From positions 49,317-113,316 of the forward strand of contig JADFVZ010000061.1 of the NCBI GenBank assembly GCA_015222805.1: a stretch of 64,000 bases of DNA, given 5' to 3'. Shown piece after piece: positions 38,940-47,722 of the stretch. The DNA comes from Pseudomonadota bacterium (lineage in GTDB: Bacteria; Pseudomonadota; Gammaproteobacteria; Xanthomonadales; SZUA-36). The position numbers and the translations under genes are program-made. Positions within the stretch are counted from its first letter, which is position 1. Each line of letters opens with the position of its first letter. The notes below the pieces were generated by a model, which worked only from the letters and a program-made list of their open reading frames with translations, did no database searches and had not been told where the DNA came from.

Positions 38940-39800
38940 ATGTTCAGGGTGCCAGAACAAAATAAATTACTACTACTAAGTCCGGGTGAGTTGCTGAGTA
39001 ATGCCCGTCATCAGCAAGGTCGTACAATTGAAGATGCGGCTGACTACCTCAAGCTCGGCAGAGAAAAGATTGAGGCCATGGAAGCAGATCAGTGGGACCG
39101 AATTGCACCCGCGTACTGCAAGGGTTTTGCACGACGCTACGCGAGGTACCTTAAGCTTTCAGCCACTAGTTTTGAAACTGCGCTGGAAAGTATCAAGTGT
39201 GAAAAGCCAGCGGTAAAAAGTATTTTTTCCCAGCACAATGCTAAAAAACCATCGTCGCCAGGAAGTTTCAGGGTGCTGACCTACCTGGTTGGTACGGTGT
39301 TTATAGTCCTGCCACTGGTTTTAGCTTATACCCATTTTGCTGTGCGTTGGTCACAGGATGAACCATTGATTATCCAGCCTCATTTAACCGGTGAAAACTC
39401 CCGGGCTATAACAGGCGCTAATTTACCATTGGTGTCCGGGAACGATGAACTACAGCACTTGCAGGCAAATATGATGCCGGTAGGAATTGTTTCGACAGAG
39501 GCAGTTGGCGGAGAAATAAATGACAGGGACCAGTCCTCCGTCTCCAGCGCGGGCAGCCTTGAGATTGAACTTAGTGCGGATAGCTGGCTGAGTGTCATCG
39601 ATGCTGAAGGCAAACAGCTTGAAGCAAACTTACGTGCTGGTGGGCAAACCTATAGTTATCAGGGAAAGCCGCCATTTCAGTTGCAGATAGGACGGGTATC
39701 AGCTACCCGGGTCCGGTTGAATGATGAGATGATAGATTTACAGGCTTTTTCTATAGGTGATATCGCGAACCTGGAAGTGGGTGCGGTATTGTCTGAATGA
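38940..39800 (+). CDS. rodZ: Cytoskeleton protein RodZ (HTH + TM + DUF4115)
   Basis: 286 aa with an N-terminal XRE-type HTH, a single TM (VLTYLVGTVFIVLPLVLAY) and a C-terminal DUF4115-like beta domain. Confidence 0.82.
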   Translation: MFRVPEQNKLLLLSPGELLSNARHQQGRTIEDAADYLKLGREKIEAMEADQWDRIAPAYCKGFARRYARYLKLSATSFETALESIKCEKPAVKSIFSQHNAKKPSSPGSFRVLTYLVGTVFIVLPLVLAYTHFAVRWSQDEPLIIQPHLTGENSRAITGANLPLVSGNDELQHLQANMMPVGIVSTEAVGGEINDRDQSSVSSAGSLEIELSADSWLSVIDAEGKQLEANLRAGGQTYSYQGKPPFQLQIGRVSATRVRLNDEMIDLQAFSIGDIANLEVGAVLSE

Positions 39801-39874
39801 TTAGTATCAAGATAGATACAATCAGGTTTTTTCAGGTTTTTTTAAAATTCTAATGATTTCAGGTTGATGTATTT

Positions 39875-41143
39875 GTGGTAGAAAAAATTAAAACAATTAA
39901 AGGAATGCATGACATCCTGCCACAGGATATTAGCTTGTGGCAACACCTTGAAGCTACATCCTCAAAGGTTTTTTCTGCCTATGGTTACACTGAGATTCGC
40001 ACACCGGTGCTGGAGAAAACAGCCCTGTTTGTACACTCAATTGGTGAATCCACTGATATTGTTGAAAAAGAAATGTATGCCTTTGAAGATCGAGGCGGTG
40101 AGCATATCGCTTTGCGTCCGGAAGGTACGGCTGGTGTTGTTCGTGCCGCTATAGAAAACGGTCTTTTATACGGTCAGCCACAACGCCTCTGGTACCGGGG
40201 CGCGATGTTTCGCCGCGAGCGTCCGCAGCGGGGGCGAACCCGGCAATTTCATCAGATTGGCATTGAGGTTTTTGGTCTTTCCGGGCCTGATATTGATGCT
40301 GAAATTATTCTGATGGGCCAGCGCTTATGGCAATCATTGGGTTTGACAGGCTTGCGGCTGGAGATTAACTCGCTTGGTAGCAGCGCCGAAAGGGCAGACT
40401 ATCGGGGAAAACTGGTTACTTACCTGGAACTGAGGTTTGCAGAACTCGACGAGGATTCACAGCGCCGCTTGAAACGAAATCCCTTGCGAATCCTTGATAC
40501 CAAGAACCCAAAAACCCGTGAGTTATTAAAAGACGCACCGGTTTTGCAGGATTCTTTCGGCACTGATTCACGCAATTATATGGATAAACTGTTGACCACG
40601 CTGGATTCAATGGGAGTTTGTTATACAGTCAATCCATTTCTGGTACGTGGCCTCGATTATTACTCACAAACAGTGTTTGAATGGATCACCGATGAACTGG
40701 GTGCCCAAGGCACCATCTGTGCTGGTGGCCGATACGATGGGCTGGTTGAACAGCGCAGTGGCAAGCCATGGCCTGGAATCGGTTTTGCAATGGGTGAGGA
40801 ACGCCTGGTTGAATTGCTTAAATTGCAGTCGGCTGGATCAACAAGGTCAGCAGATGTATTTTTTGTGTTGATGGGTAAGGGCACTGAGCTGGCAGGCCTG
40901 AAAATTGCAGAACAACTGCGTACGGAAATTCCCGGTTTGCGCTTACAAAGCAATATGGGTGGGGGAAGTTTTAAATCGCAGTTTAAACGTGCCGATAGGT
41001 CTGGGGCGGAATATGCCCTGATTCTCGCAGAGGGCGAGCTTGATTCAGCCAGTATTACGATTAAGCCGCTTCGAGGTCAGGGTGAGCAAGTTAATATGCC
41101 ACAAAGCGAGTTGTCAACCTGGTTAAAAAAGCACTTTGAGTAA
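39875..41143 (+). CDS. hisS: Histidine--tRNA ligase
   Basis: 422 aa with a GTG start. KGMHDILP, class II motifs (FRRERPQRGRTRQFHQ) and GGRYDGL. Confidence 0.96.
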   Translation: MVEKIKTIKGMHDILPQDISLWQHLEATSSKVFSAYGYTEIRTPVLEKTALFVHSIGESTDIVEKEMYAFEDRGGEHIALRPEGTAGVVRAAIENGLLYGQPQRLWYRGAMFRRERPQRGRTRQFHQIGIEVFGLSGPDIDAEIILMGQRLWQSLGLTGLRLEINSLGSSAERADYRGKLVTYLELRFAELDEDSQRRLKRNPLRILDTKNPKTRELLKDAPVLQDSFGTDSRNYMDKLLTTLDSMGVCYTVNPFLVRGLDYYSQTVFEWITDELGAQGTICAGGRYDGLVEQRSGKPWPGIGFAMGEERLVELLKLQSAGSTRSADVFFVLMGKGTELAGLKIAEQLRTEIPGLRLQSNMGGGSFKSQFKRADRSGAEYALILAEGELDSASITIKPLRGQGEQVNMPQSELSTWLKKHFE

Positions 41144-41464
41144 CCGCTCCATCGAGGCAGTTATCCCGAGTATGCTAAACATTCAGGCCTGCCAAATATT
41201 ATAACCTGTCCTTCAGCATCAACTAGTTACAAAAGTTACCCTGAATCAGGGTTTGTCTGGATAATTTCGTATTAGCGTTTCTGCTTATTGATGCTTAAAC
41301 CCTGCTGAAAGACCAGCTGATTAACAAAACCAAACAAAAGTAACTGTTATTTTTATGGTCAAGGTGTTTATACCCTGAAACTAACACCTGAATAACACAA
41401 ACAGGCAACGGCTCTGGTACAATTGGTCGTTTGAAACAATCTATACATTGAAGGTTATCTGCAA

Positions 41465-42127
41465 ATGGTTGAAATTTACGACGATCATGAACAAAGCGAA
41501 CGCGTGCGTCAGTGGGTCAAGGAAAATGGTGCAGCAATCGTGATGGGCATTGTGCTCGCAATCGGTGGTTTATATGGCTGGAAGTTCTGGCAAAATCAAA
41601 CCAAAGATGCTCAGATGCAGGTTGCTGCCGAATTCCAGGGTTTAGCAACAGCTCTGGATCTATCCAGGTTTGATCAGGCTTATGGTCATTTCGAAACTAT
41701 AAAGACAGATTATCCGAACAGCACTTATAACCCGATGGCGCACCTGATGATAGCTCGTGCCCGTTTAAACCAGGGACAGGTTGACCTGGCTGAGAGTCTT
41801 TATCGTGAACTGTTGAAATCAAATGATGAATCAAGTCAGTTTATTAAATTTATCGCAGCTGAGCGCCTTGCTCGGCTGTTGCTGAGTGAAGGAAAAACTG
41901 ATAAGGCGAAGGAATTGCTGGATACATATTCTGGCAATGAGCCATTCGCTGCCAGGTTTGCAGAAGTTCGTGGTGATCTGCTTGCTGCCAGTGGTGATGC
42001 TGATGGTGCCCGTGCAGCTTACCAGAAAGCCCTTGACTCAATGGAGGCAGGCACCGGTGACCGCAGATTGCTTGAATTGAAACGGGACAATCCGATTGCC
42101 ATAGACAGAAATACGGAAGAATCATGA
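41465..42127 (+). CDS. yfgM: YfgM-family ancillary SecYEG translocon subunit (TM + TPR-like)
   Basis: 220 aa. N-terminus MVEIYDDHEQSERVRQWVKENG followed by one TM, as in E. coli YfgM. Lies upstream of bamB. Confidence 0.85.
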   Translation: MVEIYDDHEQSERVRQWVKENGAAIVMGIVLAIGGLYGWKFWQNQTKDAQMQVAAEFQGLATALDLSRFDQAYGHFETIKTDYPNSTYNPMAHLMIARARLNQGQVDLAESLYRELLKSNDESSQFIKFIAAERLARLLLSEGKTDKAKELLDTYSGNEPFAARFAEVRGDLLAASGDADGARAAYQKALDSMEAGTGDRRLLELKRDNPIAIDRNTEES

Positions 42128-43281
42128 AACGCCTCGTTTTACTCCTCCTGCTGGCAGGCCTCTCAGTAACTGTTTCAGGCTGCTCCTGGTTTTCCAAAGC
42201 AAAGCCGGGGGAGCCGGCTGAACTGGTTGATTTTGATGCCAGCCTTAAAGTTAAAAAAATCTGGAGTACCAATATCGGCAAAGGTAACTCCCTTGAAGGG
42301 TTAAACCTGAAACCTGCCTATGATAACGGACGGGTTTACGCTGCTGATTACCGTGGAAAAGTGGTGGCGGTAGATGCTGATAATGGCAAGAAGCTCTGGG
42401 AAATTGAAACCGACTTGCCGGTATCTGCCGGTCCCGCGATTGCCAATGATTATATGTTCCTCGGAACGCTGGAGGCTGAAATCTACGCTTACAGCAACGA
42501 AGACGGCAGTTTGCGCTGGAGTGCGAATGTTTCCTCGGAAGTCCTGGCAATGCCGGTTCTGCATGACGGTATTGTTATTGTTCGCTGCCTGGATGGACGT
42601 GTATTTGGTTTAAATGCGGAAACAGGTAGCCGTACATGGGTTTACGATACCAGTGTACCGCTGCTTACCCTGCGCGGAAACAGTACTCCTGCAGTGCGTG
42701 CCGGAGTCGCATATGTTGGCTATGATGGTGGTGAGCTTGTGGCTATCCGGGTAGCGGATGGCGCAGTCGGCTGGACTACACAGATTGCTGCCGCCGAAGG
42801 CAGGACTGAGCTTGACCGGCTGGTAGATATTGATGGCAATATTGCCATGGTGGCAACAGATATATATGTCGCCAGCTATAAAAACCGAATGGGTGCATTG
42901 GCTTCGGAAAGCGGTCGCTTATTATGGTTTAAAGATATTGGTACTTCGTCCGGTATAGCGGTAGACCGTACCCACCTGGCTGTCAGCGACGCTTCCGGTT
43001 ACCTGTGGATGCTGGATCGGCGTAACGGTGCTGAAGACTGGAAGCTGGAAATGCTCGAAAACCGGCATCTGACATTGCCAGCGTTTTACGATAAATATGT
43101 TGTTGTTGGTGACATGGAAGGTTACCTTCATTGGTTCAGGGTTGAAGGTGGCGCCCTGGTTGCCCGGAATAAAGTCAGTAAAAAAGGCTTTGCCTCCTCA
43201 CCGTTGGTGATTGGCACTACAATGTATGTACTCGCGAACAATGGCGACCTTGTTGCCTACCGGGCTGGTCCGGCAATCTAA
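42124..43281 (+). CDS. bamB: Outer-membrane protein assembly factor BamB
   Basis: 385 aa with lipobox TVSGC and PQQ-like beta-propeller repeats. Confidence 0.93.
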   Translation: MKRLVLLLLLAGLSVTVSGCSWFSKAKPGEPAELVDFDASLKVKKIWSTNIGKGNSLEGLNLKPAYDNGRVYAADYRGKVVAVDADNGKKLWEIETDLPVSAGPAIANDYMFLGTLEAEIYAYSNEDGSLRWSANVSSEVLAMPVLHDGIVIVRCLDGRVFGLNAETGSRTWVYDTSVPLLTLRGNSTPAVRAGVAYVGYDGGELVAIRVADGAVGWTTQIAAAEGRTELDRLVDIDGNIAMVATDIYVASYKNRMGALASESGRLLWFKDIGTSSGIAVDRTHLAVSDASGYLWMLDRRNGAEDWKLEMLENRHLTLPAFYDKYVVVGDMEGYLHWFRVEGGALVARNKVSKKGFASSPLVIGTTMYVLANNGDLVAYRAGPAI

Positions 43282-43300
43282 GCCACGACCTGGATTACTA

Positions 43301-43331
43301 CAAATAAAGAGGCTGATGGCCTCTTTATTTG
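43301..43331 (+). terminator. Rho-independent terminator after bamB
   Basis: caaataaagaggc-tgatg-gcctctttatttg (13-bp perfect stem) followed by tttc. Confidence 0.8.
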
Positions 43332-43387
43332 TTTCTATGTATTTGCTTTATAATAGACGCCTGTCATAACACGGAACTACCCTCAGT

Positions 43388-44800
43388 ATGCTGCCTGTAA
43401 TTACAATCGTGGGTCGACCCAACGTCGGCAAATCCACCCTGTTTAACGCCCTGACCCGTACCCGGGACGCCCTGGTTGCAGATATGCCGGGGGTTACTCG
43501 TGATCGCCAGTATGGTACCGGCAGCTTCGACAAGAGCAAGTATATGCTGATTGACACCGGCGGCCTGGTTGACGATGCCGAAGGTATTGATTACCTCACC
43601 GCACAGCAGGTACACCTTGCGATAGAAGAAGCCGATGTGATTATGTTTGTTGTTTCTGCGCGTGATGGAGTAACAGCAACTGATGAAGAAATTACTCGGA
43701 TGCTGCGCCAGCATGGGAAACCTGTGCAGATAGTCGTTAACAAAACCGATGGTACTGATACAGATATCTCGGTGCCTGATTTTTACATGCTTGCGCTGGG
43801 TGAGCCCTGCGGTGTATCTGCGGCCCACCGCGCCGGCCTGGAAAGTATGATGACGCAGATCTTCGCGCTGTTGCCGCCATGGGATGAGCCTGAAGACCTC
43901 GATGAAGTTGATGATGACATCATTCGCCTGGCCGTGCTTGGGCGACCGAACGTGGGTAAATCCACATTGGTCAACCGCCTCCTCGGTGAGGAGCGGGTGC
44001 TGACATACGATATGCCGGGGACGACACGCGACACCATCGAAGTTGAACTCGAACGCGACGGCCGACATTATAAAATCCTGGATACGGCTGGTGTCCGCCG
44101 GCGTAAAAACATCACTGAAGCGGTAGAGAAATTCAGTGTGGTTAAAGCCCTGCAGGCGATCGAAAAATCACAGATCATCATCCTGATGATTGATGCTACA
44201 GATGGTATGACAGATCAGGATGCAACCCTGCTCGGACATGTTTTAAACCAGGGACGCGGACTGGTTATCGCCATCAATAAATGGGATTGTATCGATGCGG
44301 AGCAGCGGAAAAGTTTAAAGTCGGAGCTTGACCGTAGATTGACTTATGCTGAGTTTGCCCGGCGAATTACGCTTTCAGCCCTGCATGGCAGTGGACTGCG
44401 CGAATTAATGAATGCGGTGAATGAATCCTGGCGTTCAGCATCACTGGATATGCCCACTACCCGGTTGACTGAAGTAGTGCGCAATGCCTGGGAAGCCCAT
44501 CAGCCGGCAATGAAACATGGTCGTACAGCTAAATTGCGAATGGCACATAGCGGCGGGAAATTTCCACCCAGGATCATTATCCACGGCCGCCGCGTTGACA
44601 CTATTACGCCTGACTACCGCCGCTATATATCGAATAAAATACGCACAGCCTTCAAGCTTAGGGGAACACCGGTTTGGGTGGGATTTCGTGAAGGTAAAAA
44701 TCCTTTCAAGGGTAATAAAACTAAAGACCAGCAATGGGTTCCCACCAAAAAACAGAAGAAATCCAAAGTTAATAAACGCATTAATAAATCGAACAGATGA
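43388..44800 (+). CDS. der: Ribosome-associated GTPase Der (EngA)
   Basis: 470 aa with two tandem G domains (both GRPNVGKST), a KH-like domain and a Lys-rich tail. Confidence 0.96.
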   Translation: MLPVITIVGRPNVGKSTLFNALTRTRDALVADMPGVTRDRQYGTGSFDKSKYMLIDTGGLVDDAEGIDYLTAQQVHLAIEEADVIMFVVSARDGVTATDEEITRMLRQHGKPVQIVVNKTDGTDTDISVPDFYMLALGEPCGVSAAHRAGLESMMTQIFALLPPWDEPEDLDEVDDDIIRLAVLGRPNVGKSTLVNRLLGEERVLTYDMPGTTRDTIEVELERDGRHYKILDTAGVRRRKNITEAVEKFSVVKALQAIEKSQIIILMIDATDGMTDQDATLLGHVLNQGRGLVIAINKWDCIDAEQRKSLKSELDRRLTYAEFARRITLSALHGSGLRELMNAVNESWRSASLDMPTTRLTEVVRNAWEAHQPAMKHGRTAKLRMAHSGGKFPPRIIIHGRRVDTITPDYRRYISNKIRTAFKLRGTPVWVGFREGKNPFKGNKTKDQQWVPTKKQKKSKVNKRINKSNR

Positions 44801-45930
44801 GCCTCAATCAGATTAGTCTGAAGCAAAAGCGCCTGGATAAACTGCGGGAGGAGATCCCTCGCATATCGCCACGTGTGGCCTATGAGAATATGCAGTCCGG
44901 GTCAGTATTGCTGGATGTGCGAGAGCCCCGGAGTATCGAGCAGGGTAGCCCGACAGAGGCGGTTCGGCTGTCACGTGATTTTCTCGAGCTTATGATCGAA
45001 GCTGAACTGCCAGACCCGGAACAGCCGGTGATGATCCTCTGCGAAAGCGGGGTTTGTTCATTGTTCGCTGCCGATGATTTACTGCGCCTGGGTTATCGCA
45101 ATGTTTCCAGCATTGACGGCGGCTTTGGCGGCTGGAAAGCAGCGGATTTGCCATGGACTACACCGGTTGAACTGGACGACGATGCCAGGGTTCGTTATTC
45201 ACGCCATCTGCTAATCCCGGAAATTGGAGAACAGGGACAGGCTGTATTGCTGCAGTCTAAAGTGCTGGTCCTCGGGGCAGGTGGACTGGGTTCTCCGGTG
45301 GCCCTGTATCTTGCTGCGGCCGGCATAGGAACCCTCGGTATTGTTGATAATGATATTGTCGACCGATCAAATTTACAGCGCCAGATTTTGCACGATGATG
45401 CCCATGTTGGTGCGCCAAAAACCGAGTCTGCACGCTATCGTTTACGCGGTATCAATCCAGCGATTAATGTAATTACCCACAGGGTACGTCTGGATGATGA
45501 TAATGCCGATGAAATACTTGCAGGCTATGATCTGGTAATAGATGGCTCGGATAACATAAGTACCCGTTATAGCTTGAATGATGCTTGCCTGCGCGCCGGG
45601 ATTCCGCTGGTTTACGGAGCGATTTATCGTTTCCACGGTCAGGTGTCGGTATTTAACTACCGCGGCAGTGACGGTAATTTATCTGCCTGCTACCGCTGCC
45701 TGTTTGACGATAACGCTGATAGTGTACCACCCGGTTGCAGTGATGCCGGGGTTCTGGGCGTGCTACCGGGGGTTATTGGAACCCTGCAGGCAACTGAAGG
45801 CTTGAAATTACTCCTGGGTATCGGTGAGCCACTGGCAGGCAGGCTACTCAGTTATGATGCGCTCAGCGCACGTTTCAGGGAAACTCGACTGCTTGCAGAC
45901 AGCAACTGCTGTTGCCGGCAACATTGCTAA
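44797..45930 (+). CDS. ThiF/MoeB-family adenylyltransferase with an N-terminal rhodanese domain
   Basis: 377 aa. Residues about 20-120 form a rhodanese domain (LLDVREP..., active loop CESGVCS, GGFGGW). The ThiF core follows: RYSRHLLIPEIG, VLGAGGLGSP, DRSNLQRQ and CYRC. ATGA overlap with the der stop. Confidence 0.85.
   Translation: MSLNQISLKQKRLDKLREEIPRISPRVAYENMQSGSVLLDVREPRSIEQGSPTEAVRLSRDFLELMIEAELPDPEQPVMILCESGVCSLFAADDLLRLGYRNVSSIDGGFGGWKAADLPWTTPVELDDDARVRYSRHLLIPEIGEQGQAVLLQSKVLVLGAGGLGSPVALYLAAAGIGTLGIVDNDIVDRSNLQRQILHDDAHVGAPKTESARYRLRGINPAINVITHRVRLDDDNADEILAGYDLVIDGSDNISTRYSLNDACLRAGIPLVYGAIYRFHGQVSVFNYRGSDGNLSACYRCLFDDNADSVPPGCSDAGVLGVLPGVIGTLQATEGLKLLLGIGEPLAGRLLSYDALSARFRETRLLADSNCCCRQHC
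45840..45930 (+). repeat. Copy A of a 91-nt imperfect direct repeat (the live 3' end of the rhodanese-ThiF gene)
   Basis: Aligns without gaps to 46947-47037, with 72 of 91 identities by hand alignment. Frame and stop position are the same in both copies. Confidence 0.9.
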
Positions 45931-46024
45931 ACTGATCGGAATTTAATTAAAGAATTATTTGGGCTTTGCCCTCTAATTCTCATTCTGTGTACTCTATGGT
46001 TTAAAACATTATTCGAGGCGACTA

Positions 46025-46801
46025 ATGTTCAAAATCTTCCGAAAAACTCGTAAAGACCTCCTGGGTGAAGGCAAAACCACACGTTATTTTAAATATGCTA
46101 TTGGTGAAATCGTTCTTGTGGTTATTGGTATTCTTATTGCCCTGCAAATTAACAACCAAAATGATTTAAGAAAAGAACGAAATAAAGAAGTCCATTATTT
46201 AAGTAATATCAAAAATGATCTGAAGATTAATATTGTGGAGATGAATAAATTTATTGATGCAAGAAGTAACAGCATTCAGGCAGCTACTCGTGTACTAGAA
46301 CACTTTGAAGGAAAACCCATAACAGACACAGCTGCTTTTAATGCCGAAGGCTTCACAGTTTACGACTGGCAACGGTTTTATCAAAGTAACAATACGTTCC
46401 AGGAATTGGTCAACTCTGGCAATCTGGGACTTATTTCCAATGATGAAATAAAGAATTTATTATTAGACATAGAGGCTCAATATACAAAAATAAAGAGCGA
46501 AGAAGACCATTATCGCTTTGATACTGAAACAAACTTGTATGAACCCTTGTATGCGCTTATGGACATTAACACCATGATCAAAAGTGTTGAGTATTATGCT
46601 AGTAAAGGACAAACAGGTGAAGAAACCATACTTCCAGATGATTTCTTTACACAATACTTAAATAACAAGAACATCAAAAATGGATTTACCCTAACTGTTT
46701 ACGAATACAATGTCATGAACAACCAAATGGCTGAAATGGTCAAGATGTCAGATCAACTTATCCTGGCCATAGATAATGAAATAAATGCAGATACGCAATG
46801 A
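46025..46801 (+). CDS. DUF6090-like membrane-anchored protein (Bacteroidetes-type), strongly AT-rich
   Basis: 258 aa. The N-terminus MFKIFRKTRKDLLGEGKTTRYFKYAIGEIVLVVIGILIALQINN matches, from memory, the highly stereotyped start of flavobacterial DUF6090 proteins. G+C is roughly 23-43% in the 60-nt stretches I counted. Confidence 0.6.
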   Translation: MFKIFRKTRKDLLGEGKTTRYFKYAIGEIVLVVIGILIALQINNQNDLRKERNKEVHYLSNIKNDLKINIVEMNKFIDARSNSIQAATRVLEHFEGKPITDTAAFNAEGFTVYDWQRFYQSNNTFQELVNSGNLGLISNDEIKNLLLDIEAQYTKIKSEEDHYRFDTETNLYEPLYALMDINTMIKSVEYYASKGQTGEETILPDDFFTQYLNNKNIKNGFTLTVYEYNVMNNQMAEMVKMSDQLILAIDNEINADTQ

Positions 46802-46946
46802 TTAAAACTTAGAATATTCCAAACAAAAATCACCGTCGTTGCGAGGAGTGAAACGACACGGAAACCTGTTGGATTTGCCAAGCAATAGCAGGACAGGCTT
46901 AGCTTCCCCAGTTTAACGGATACTTTAAATTAATATAAAAGCCCCT

Positions 46947-47037
46947 CAGGCTATTTAGCTATGATGCACTCAGCGCACGCTTCAGGGAAACTAAGCTGCC
47001 TGCTGACAGCAATTGCCGCTGCCGTCACTATCACTAG
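46947..47037 (+). pseudogene. Ghost 3' end (last about 29 codons plus stop) of a rhodanese-ThiF gene; copy B of the direct repeat
   Basis: Translates in frame as RLFSYDALSARFRETKLPADSNCRCRHYH*, against RLLSYDALSARFRETRLLADSNCCCRQHC* for the live gene. It has no start codon and no upstream gene body. Confidence 0.85.
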
Positions 47038-47050
47038 AGTTTATTTATAG

Positions 47051-47539
47051 CTATAGCACCCAGCTATGCAGGTTAAGCTCAATGGCATGGGTGATCGACT
47101 GGTCGGTTGGGTCAATTGCAGACGGCCAGATATTCACAAACTCACCGCGGGAATCAAATAAGATCTTAAAGAAATTCCAGCGTGGCAGGTAGTCATTGCC
47201 CAGTTCTTCCGCCAGTTGACGATACATGGGGTGCGCCTCCCTTCCACATACATGTTCTTTCCGCGAGACTGGAAAGTTAATATGGTATTGGTGCTCGAGG
47301 AAACTCTCAATCACCTCATCTTCACCGGGTTCTTTTTCAGCAAAATTATTAGTTGGAATTGCTAAAACCACCAGGCCTGAATTGTGGTAATCCTGCCAGA
47401 TTTTCTCCAGTTGACTAAACTGTGTCGCATAGCGCGAGCGGGTAGCTGTGTTTACTATCAGTATAGGCTGGCCCTGGAAACGATTCAGCGGCATGCTGGC
47501 ACCCTGCAGGGTAATAAAGTTATGTTCGTATATATTCAA
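47051..47539 (-). CDS. Glutathione-peroxidase-fold protein with substituted catalytic residues
   Basis: 162 aa. Aligns to GPx/BtuE motifs, but NVASKCG is NTATRSR (Cys to Ser) and FPCNQF is IPTNNF (Gln to Asn). WNFFKIL is retained. Confidence 0.75.
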   Translation of the reverse strand: MNIYEHNFITLQGASMPLNRFQGQPILIVNTATRSRYATQFSQLEKIWQDYHNSGLVVLAIPTNNFAEKEPGEDEVIESFLEHQYHINFPVSRKEHVCGREAHPMYRQLAEELGNDYLPRWNFFKILFDSRGEFVNIWPSAIDPTDQSITHAIELNLHSWVL

Positions 47540-47722
47540 TGCAAACCCCTGAAATGATTGACAGAAGATCGAGCATGCTTAGCTGTTGTTCCCTTTTCAA
47601 ATACATCATAGACCAATCATGCTGAAAAAACCATGACAGCAGTGCGATTTGCTGCAAGCCGTACAGCTATAGTGCTTGTTGCGGTAAAATACAGGCAAGA
47701 TACACACAATCGTGAGAAAAGC

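Noticed and set aside
39820-39874. Short direct repeats TCAGGTTTTTT x2 plus TTCAGGTTGATG upstream of hisS.
   Set aside because: They are very short and T-rich, probably part of a promoter UP-like region or due to chance. Nothing further supports a function.
43364-44068. A 234-aa ORF antisense to der. Similar long antisense ORFs occur elsewhere, e.g. 51499-52296 opposite the thiolase, 3319-3861 opposite aroA and 10659-11099 opposite the wbpM-like gene.
   Set aside because: Each lies entirely inside a strongly recognisable gene on the other strand. Their composition is low-complexity and rich in Arg, Ser and Ala, and none has a recognisable motif. These are classic shadow ORFs.
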